Assembly (NCBI GenBank): GCA_963693365.1
Contig: CAVNZM010000006.1
Span: 3,741,767 to 3,805,766, forward strand
Source: Amoebidium appalachense
Lineage: Eukaryota; Protista; Ichthyosporea
Direction: 5' to 3'
Length of the DNA stretch: 64,000 bases
A program made the position numbers and the translations under genes. Under the pieces are notes generated by a model. The model searched no databases and was not told the DNA's origin. It saw only the letters and a program-made list of their open reading frames with translations. Positions 58,333-64,000 of this stretch are shown here, in pieces. Every line of letters begins with the position of its first letter. The stretch's first letter is position 1.

Positions 58333-59154
58333 ATGGCAACCGACCAAATGAATATGAGGGCGACAGAGTTCAGGTCGTCTGATTTCGCAGATCAAGTGGA
58401 GAAGAAGGAGGACGCACTACCACTGCGACCACTTCAGATTCTACACACGGAGAAGTACGGGAAGCAGTTCAACCTAACCGAGGACGGGGCCAAGCTGTTG
58501 TCGCTGTGTTTCCGCAAAAACGCGGACTGCTTCCTGACGGAGATCCAGCAGAACAGGACACCCCAGCTCTGTGCCCTAGGCATCGTGCTAACCGCAGCGC
58601 AGCTGATGCGATTCGCGGACAGCAACCAATCCCCAACTAAACTGACGGACGCGATCCGCGCGGCCGAGGACATGTACCAGCGATACCGCCTGATGATCAC
58701 CAACCAGCCAAGCCCAGACTTCAACCTCAAAACCGTCGGTCCATGCGGCGGTCCACGCATCCTGATTACGAGCATCCAGGAATACATGAACACATACCAC
58801 GTGAGCTTCGACACCATCACCAAGATAAACCGCACGCTTAGTGACATCAAGAACGCCGCCAAGGCCGGCGTTTTCAATCCCGACATCGTATTCAACGTGC
58901 AGGCACTCGCAAGCGTCACGACGTGTCCTGGGCCCGTGTGTGTTGAGGTCAAGATGCTGGGCCGCGTGCAGCTGTTCGAAGACCTGTACAGTCGCTGGCG
59001 GAACGCAGTGCTGGGGACAAACACGCTGGCGGTTGAAACGACCACGCACAACATGAGCGGGGACAGCCTCGCAGCCCTTTGGCACCGCAACCTCGACCAG
59101 GCCATGCGCCGCAGCAGGTCGTGCATCAAAGCCAACCCGTGTATCGGGCGCTGA
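58333..59154 (+). CDS. Viral hypothetical protein, paralog B
   Basis: 273 aa; colinear similarity to 57496-58305. Confidence 0.85.
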   Translation: MATDQMNMRATEFRSSDFADQVEKKEDALPLRPLQILHTEKYGKQFNLTEDGAKLLSLCFRKNADCFLTEIQQNRTPQLCALGIVLTAAQLMRFADSNQSPTKLTDAIRAAEDMYQRYRLMITNQPSPDFNLKTVGPCGGPRILITSIQEYMNTYHVSFDTITKINRTLSDIKNAAKAGVFNPDIVFNVQALASVTTCPGPVCVEVKMLGRVQLFEDLYSRWRNAVLGTNTLAVETTTHNMSGDSLAALWHRNLDQAMRRSRSCIKANPCIGR

Positions 59155-59183
59155 TACGTGATAAAATGTAACCGAGTACCATA

Positions 59184-59615
59184 ATGAAACAACAGCGCGG
59201 ACCAAGACGGACAGTTATGGACTGCTCTGAACGCCCAACCCGGGCCGACGGAAAGGCCAAGCGCGCAAGACCCTCGCAGGCGAAGCGCGCAAAGACCACG
59301 ACCTCCGCGCCCACCAGGACGCGGAGATGTGGACCCGCGACCGTACGCAGCAGGGTCACCGGGCAGTGCGTGCCGGCGAACCTCGAGAAGCTGCCGATCA
59401 CATCCGAGAGGTCCCTGGTACCCAAGAACTTCTCGGTCAAGCCCGGCGTGGGCGGTGGATCCCCGGGCGACGCCTACTTCAAACCACCAGACAAGGTTGA
59501 CGATCTTGTAAACATGATATATCCAGCAGGAGGGTCAATGACATGCGGCGCGGAACTATTCTACAGCGGAACCGGGGCCAGGCTTGCCGGTTGTTCCATG
59601 TTCCTAGCGAAGTAG
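59184..59615 (+). CDS. Small basic viral protein
   Basis: Arg/Lys-rich N-terminus and a CGPATVRSRVTGQCV motif; codirectional with its neighbours (alternative start 59217). Confidence 0.65.
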   Translation: MKQQRGPRRTVMDCSERPTRADGKAKRARPSQAKRAKTTTSAPTRTRRCGPATVRSRVTGQCVPANLEKLPITSERSLVPKNFSVKPGVGGGSPGDAYFKPPDKVDDLVNMIYPAGGSMTCGAELFYSGTGARLAGCSMFLAK

Positions 59616-59648
59616 TGGCTTGTGCATATGTTTTTGGGCCCGTTTCTA

Positions 59649-60029
59649 ATGTCCCGACACAACCTGAAATCAAAATGCTGGGGCCCAGACGCATGGAAGT
59701 TTATTCATGCCGTCACACTCGGGTACCCCGACGAGCCGAGCGCGCGCAGTAAGGAGCAGTACGAGGCGTTCCTGAACTCGCTCCCGGACGTCCTGCCGTG
59801 CCGGTCGTGCCGCGGGCACTTCGCCAAGCTGGTGCGCAGGTCCAAGTGCAAGCTGTCGCGCCAGGTCCTCAAGAACCGCGACCGCCTGTTCCGCTGGGGC
59901 GTGCGCGTGCACAACGCCGTCAACCAGCGCAAGAAGAAGCGCACGCTCAAGCCGCGGGAGGTGGCACGCCAGTACGACCCGTGGCTGGTTAAGCCAAGCC
60001 GTGGTTCGCAGCCCAGTGCCGCACAATAG
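59649..60029 (+). CDS. Erv1/Alr family FAD-linked thiol oxidoreductase (poxvirus E10R-like)
   Basis: WGPDAWKFIH...YP...LPCRSCRGHF...W...HNAVN family motifs. Confidence 0.95.
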   Translation: MSRHNLKSKCWGPDAWKFIHAVTLGYPDEPSARSKEQYEAFLNSLPDVLPCRSCRGHFAKLVRRSKCKLSRQVLKNRDRLFRWGVRVHNAVNQRKKKRTLKPREVARQYDPWLVKPSRGSQPSAAQ

Positions 60030-60693
60030 TGGCCAGGTGCTGCAGGTACGCCGCGGGGTGCATGTCGTTCTTCGTGTAGTTGCACGTCTTGCAGCAGGGC
60101 ACGCTGTTCCCCTCGGTGTAGCCGATGGCGGGATACAACCTGTCGACACCATTCGAGTTCTCCAACCCACAATAAAAGCAGTCCTTGCCCCGCAGGCTAT
60201 CGAACTCCTTCCGGGTCAATGTAAACACGGACGACGGGCACCGCCGCCCGTTGTCCGTGACGCACCGCTTGCGCGCGCTGCACCTGTACGTGTTGTAGTT
60301 CGTGCTGTACGACCGCGTCGATGGGGGCTGTCGGTAGGCCTTGCGGGCCGTCAGCGCTCGAGCAAGCCGGCGCGCGCCCCCCGCCGACCGTCCAAGTGCG
60401 CGTTTGACCAGTGAGCATTCGAGCATGGTGTGTGCGGCCAGGGCACACAGCTGTGATGTGCGCAGGCCGTGTCTGACCTTGTGGCACGTCGAGCATACCG
60501 GGCGTACGTTCCCGTGCACGTATCCGCGCCGGTACACACACAGCGCGATGTTCCTGTGCGTGCGCTCACGCTCCGCACGGTTGCACACCTGGCAGGGGCG
60601 GCGGAACAGCTCGTTGAGTGCGGTCGAAGACAGGTCCATGGGCAGTTTTTTGTTTGTTGCGTTAGCCCTGATGTTGGACACGAACACATCCAT
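59989..60693 (-). CDS. Protein with two HNH/zinc-binding endonuclease-like repeats
   Basis: CQVC...GYVHGNVRPVCSTCH and CFYCG...NGVDR...GYTEGNSVPCCKTCNYTK. Confidence 0.85.
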   Translation of the reverse strand: MDVFVSNIRANATNKKLPMDLSSTALNELFRRPCQVCNRAERERTHRNIALCVYRRGYVHGNVRPVCSTCHKVRHGLRTSQLCALAAHTMLECSLVKRALGRSAGGARRLARALTARKAYRQPPSTRSYSTNYNTYRCSARKRCVTDNGRRCPSSVFTLTRKEFDSLRGKDCFYCGLENSNGVDRLYPAIGYTEGNSVPCCKTCNYTKNDMHPAAYLQHLATIVRHWAANHGLA

Positions 60694-60714
60694 GATGGCA
60701 CGAGAGCATTAAAA

Positions 60715-60954
60715 TCACAAAACGGTGCCGACCACCACCGTGACGCCGAGGGGGGCGCACATCCCTGCCACCCACGCGGCGTAGCCCACGGACGCGCCCA
60801 TCAGCACGAGGCGCGGCTCAAGCGTCGGGTCGTTTCGTGCACGCTCGAGGATGCGCAGGAGCCCCGGCACCCAGCTGTGGACGAACCCTACACCCACGGC
60901 GCCGTGCAGCTGCAAGCGCTCGCACGTCGCCCTCAGGACGGCCCACCTGTTCAT
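60715..60954 (-). CDS. Small hydrophobic viral protein
   Basis: 79 aa with a hydrophobic C-terminal half, in tandem with the HNH gene. Confidence 0.55.
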   Translation of the reverse strand: MNRWAVLRATCERLQLHGAVGVGFVHSWVPGLLRILERARNDPTLEPRLVLMGASVGYAAWVAGMCAPLGVTVVVGTVL

Positions 60955-61081
60955 CGGCAAGGGGAAAAAGCCACAGCAGATGTGGTGCTCAACGGGTGTG
61001 TGCATGTGACCTGCTTGTGCCGCGACAAAGGTATAAATACCCGCGGGTAGTCCTTCGGCGACAGAACGGTCCCGACGGAAG

Positions 61082-61332
61082 ATGGTGGCATACGACGAAA
61101 TCGAGCTGCTCGACTACCTTGGCGAGCCGCCCTCGAGCGAGACCGAGACCGACGACGACGCCGATTCCCTCCCCCCCTGCTGGACCGGGAGTTCGAGCTT
61201 CTAGTGCACATCTTCCACGAACTGAAGTACCGCTCGGCGACGACGGGGCTGTTTGACCGGCTGACGCTGCGGCAGTTCTACAATCTGGCACACGCGAGCA
61301 GCACGTGCTTCACGTCGGCACGTTGGCGGTGA
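61082..61332 (+). pseudogene. Small acidic viral protein split at the C7 run 61171-61177 (absent from the ORF track)
   Basis: MVAYDEIELLDYLGEPP...DDDADSLPP continues as LLDREFELLVHIFHELKYRS...LFDRLTLRQFYNLA if one C is added. TATAAATA lies upstream at 61032. Confidence 0.6.
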
Positions 61333-61874
61333 GGCTGTCGAGGATGCTGAAGCACAGCTGCCCGAGCTTGGCCGGGTCGCGTGTTTCAAGGAGCGAGCGG
61401 GCGTCTTCGTCTGTCATCTGGGAGGTGGCGGCCTTTGCAATGTTGAATATGTTCGACATGGTCGACGGGTCCAGGGTGGGGAGCGGCGTCTGGCCGCCCG
61501 GAACGTACAGTGGATGTTGGGCCGGGGGGGGGGGTGTCGAGGAGGGGCACCCCCCCGGCATGGCCAACGAGTTTCTGGATGTAGTCGACAACAGCGACCT
61601 TGGTGACTTCGTGCATTCGTGCCCAGGCGTTGTACAGGCCCATCTCGTGCAGCGGGGACGCGTCCGAGTCCAGAAAACCCCAATCGCCTGCATGCACGGC
61701 AGCGGCGAAGGGGACCAGCCTGTCCGCGAACATGCGTGCAGGCAGGGCTGGGTCTATGTCGGCCGTCGCTGCGGCGAGCTGGCGAGCCTGAGTGATCTCG
61801 GGGAGGTCGGGGAATGCGCCCTGCAATTTCGAGCAGAGTTCGTCCAGGCAGGCATTGAATGCAACGGCGTCCAT
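61310..61874 (-). pseudogene. NCLDV-type helical hypothetical protein, frameshifted in the G/C runs at 61524-61556
   Basis: FNACLDELCSKLQGAFPD...MF...D..FL...W...TKVAVVDYIQKL resembles a family I recall lying near VLTF3. A coding-like C-terminus (MSNIFNIAKAATSQM...) is in another frame. Confidence 0.6.
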
Positions 61875-62191
61875 TGAACAATGACCTACAAAATAAAGGG
61901 CCGCAGCACTACCGACAAAAAAAATGATTCGGGCACATGCAAATGCCACGCAGACGCCGCCATACCCGCACGCGTACGCACGGAGGAAAAGCCGGATCGC
62001 CCTTCCACAAGCTCGCGCTGGGGCTCCTGACTGAAAGCGTGCACGAGAAGGCGCCGGGATGCATGCCCCGACACACCGCCAAGACCATCGCGAACGCAAG
62101 ATACCATCTGATGCGCCGACAGATGCGGCGCATGGCATGCAGCAGGTGGTGTTCCCTCGAGGCCTAAACACAAGGGTGTTGGTCGTTTTTT

Positions 62192-63178
62192 CTAGACGGT
62201 CATGAGACAACGCGGGGTTGTCCTTGTTTTAATAAAAGCCCAATCCAGCCGGTTGCAGATGGCCCTCCATGTGCGATCGTGGTCGCAGAGTTTGTCGGCC
62301 GACTTGAGCAGGGGTATGTGGGCGAGATATGACGTCCAGTCCAGGAGCTCGCAAAACTTGTAGAGCAGGTAGTTGACTGACAGGAAGTTGATGCGATCGT
62401 CACATGCGTCCTTGAAGACGCCCTGTGTCTGCATGAACATGTCCCTCAGGCGGTCCAGCTGCTCGGTGTTGAATTGGGGGCACTGTATGCCAAACGCGCT
62501 CTGCATGATGCTCGGTATGTTGCGGTAGTAGCGGTTCAGCTTACGGCTGCGGAGCAGCTTCTTGACGTGCGCGTGGGTGACTCGTTCCATGGGATAGTGG
62601 GTGCCAGCGGCCTCGCGGACGAACTGGACAACCTCGTCGGGGATGTCCGTGGTCTCCTTGCCCTGAAAGTGCACCAGCGTCTCATTGAAATGGTTGAGAG
62701 GCTTGTACACCTGTTGGCGTTGGCTCCTCGGGGGCGGGTGCTTGAAGAACGACTTGCTGAACTCACAGTAACCGGGGACCGCCTCGCCGCACTCGGTGCA
62801 CACGCTCAGCTCGCGCGTCTTCTCCAGCACGCCGACGCCACAGGCCGTACAGGGGTCGGGCTCCCTGCGGGGCATGCGGTCCTGGACGTCCTCCACGTGG
62901 GTCAGGTACTGGCGGTACACGTCGCGGCGCGATTCGCGGTCGCTGCACTCGTAGTGCTTGAGGATGTACGGCACGGTGTCCAGCAGGAAGTCGATCTCCT
63001 CCTGACCCACCGAATCGTCGCCCACCTTCCTGCGCTTCGCGAACTCGGCCATGCGCAGGTCGACGCGCGACTCGATGTCGTTCTGTGCGACGTGCTGCGA
63101 GTACTGCCTGTCTGCATCACAGGCCTTCTTGGACCGATAGGGAGCCCGCGTCGGGCGCTTGCGTTCGTCGAGCGACAT
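62192..63178 (-). CDS. VLTF3: Late transcription factor VLTF3 (poxvirus A2L-like)
   Basis: CTACG...VCTECG zinc ribbon, YKPLNHFNETLVHFQGKE, LNRYYRNIPSI, RINFLSVNYLLYKFCELL, PLLKSADKL..HD..WRAIC..LDWAFIKT. Confidence 0.95.
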   Translation of the reverse strand: MSLDERKRPTRAPYRSKKACDADRQYSQHVAQNDIESRVDLRMAEFAKRRKVGDDSVGQEEIDFLLDTVPYILKHYECSDRESRRDVYRQYLTHVEDVQDRMPRREPDPCTACGVGVLEKTRELSVCTECGEAVPGYCEFSKSFFKHPPPRSQRQQVYKPLNHFNETLVHFQGKETTDIPDEVVQFVREAAGTHYPMERVTHAHVKKLLRSRKLNRYYRNIPSIMQSAFGIQCPQFNTEQLDRLRDMFMQTQGVFKDACDDRINFLSVNYLLYKFCELLDWTSYLAHIPLLKSADKLCDHDRTWRAICNRLDWAFIKTRTTPRCLMTV

Positions 63179-63230
63179 TGGAATGAGTGGTGTGGGGCAC
63201 GCCGGGCGCCCGTTATTTATACCCTCGAAC

Positions 63231-63938
63231 CTAGGGGGCGGAGTGGACCACGAACAACGCAGGGAAGTGCTGCAGATTGGCCGCGACGCCCCAGCAGCCC
63301 GAGTTTACAGGGTCGACGAGAGCGAAGGTGCTGATTTTGTTGGACCCGCATCCCATCATCTGAAGAACGTCTTGACCCTGGTTGATGGGCTTGCGGCTGA
63401 AGTCGGGCGGCGGAGCCGCGCGCCCAGTCTTGGGCTCGCAGTACCCGAACACGTTCTTTGCCGTCGCAGGGAAACATTCCCCGGCCAACTTGATCGTCCC
63501 CGGCCCGCATTCGCCCGCACGGGACCTCGAACCGGCGGAGCGCACACGCATGGTGGAGACAGGGCGGGGGGCCTGTGTCTGCTTCCTTTGGGTTTGGGGT
63601 GGCGCCTTGACCGGTGCGGGCTTGGTCCTGGCGGGCCTGGCGACGGGCTTGACACGGAACGTCGACATGGCCTTCGGCGTCGCGGTACAGGTGGACACCA
63701 GCGCGCGCGCGCCTTCCATTCTCGCGCGCTTCCTGTCAGGTGCCTGGGCGCCAACCGGGCCGGTCGGTCGCTTGGGTGGTGCGGGGGGGCGGGGGGGCTT
63801 GGATCCGGACGGCGCCGGCGTACCGACACGCTTAGACAGGAGCTCCAGCTTCTTGATCTCCGACTCCAAGTGACCGAGGGTGAGACCCACGCGTGGAGTA
63901 GCAACCCGACCGATTGTCTTCGAGGGCTTGGGTGGCAT
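63231..63938 (-). CDS. Basic Pro/Lys/Arg-rich viral hypothetical protein
   Basis: 235-aa ORF codirectional with VLTF3; Cys-containing C-terminal part (CGPGTIKLAGECF). Confidence 0.65.
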   Translation of the reverse strand: MPPKPSKTIGRVATPRVGLTLGHLESEIKKLELLSKRVGTPAPSGSKPPRPPAPPKRPTGPVGAQAPDRKRARMEGARALVSTCTATPKAMSTFRVKPVARPARTKPAPVKAPPQTQRKQTQAPRPVSTMRVRSAGSRSRAGECGPGTIKLAGECFPATAKNVFGYCEPKTGRAAPPPDFSRKPINQGQDVLQMMGCGSNKISTFALVDPVNSGCWGVAANLQHFPALFVVHSAP

Positions 63939-64000
63939 TTATTGGTGAGCAGAAAAGATATTAAGCACATCGCGCAGCCGCGGTGGCAAGCGCGTTTTGT

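Larger units (their letters stand above)
43140..64000. mobile_element. Giant endogenous viral element (Nucleocytoviricota); left boundary approximate (43.1-43.9 kb), extends past the window
   Basis: Introns and microsatellites disappear abruptly and ORFs become dense. Hallmark MCP, VLTF3, Erv1/Alr and penton-like genes are present, contiguous with spliced eukaryotic genes. Confidence 0.92.

Noticed and set aside
59545-59650. GAELFYSGTG...MFLGP resembling the RNA polymerase RPB2 C-terminal motif
   Set aside because: Too short, interrupted by the stop of an unrelated small ORF, and lacking any flanking RPB2 motifs; treated as coincidence.

Overview
Eukaryotic host DNA (about 1-43.1 kb) joined to an integrated giant-virus (Nucleocytoviricota) segment (about 43.1 kb to the window end). 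The host part has introns packed with G/C homopolymers and (CA)/(GT)/(CT) microsatellites. I spliced three host genes by hand: the 5' part of a synaptojanin-like SAC phosphatase (minus strand, runs off the left edge); a 12-exon 3-keto-steroid reductase (HSD17B7/ERG27-like) whose first intron is an AT-AC U12-type intron; and an unusual type I membrane protein with a Ser/Thr mucin-like stalk plus an extracellular hexapeptide (left-handed beta-helix) domain. Two small non-autonomous repeat elements are also present. The viral part is intronless, gene-dense and CpG-rich, and begins with four tandem-repeat arrays. It encodes a double jelly-roll major capsid protein, a penton-like protein, VLTF3, an Erv1/Alr thiol oxidoreductase, a double HNH protein, a zinc-finger plus tandem PD-(D/E)XK nuclease, a membrane-anchored B-lectin/PAN protein and many ORFans. 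Several viral promoters carry host Pol II-type CCAAT/CRE/TATA elements. At least four viral genes are split by single-base shifts in homopolymers. The host looks like a unicellular opisthokont (an ichthyosporean such as Amoebidium is my unverified guess). All homology calls come from motif recognition, not database searches.
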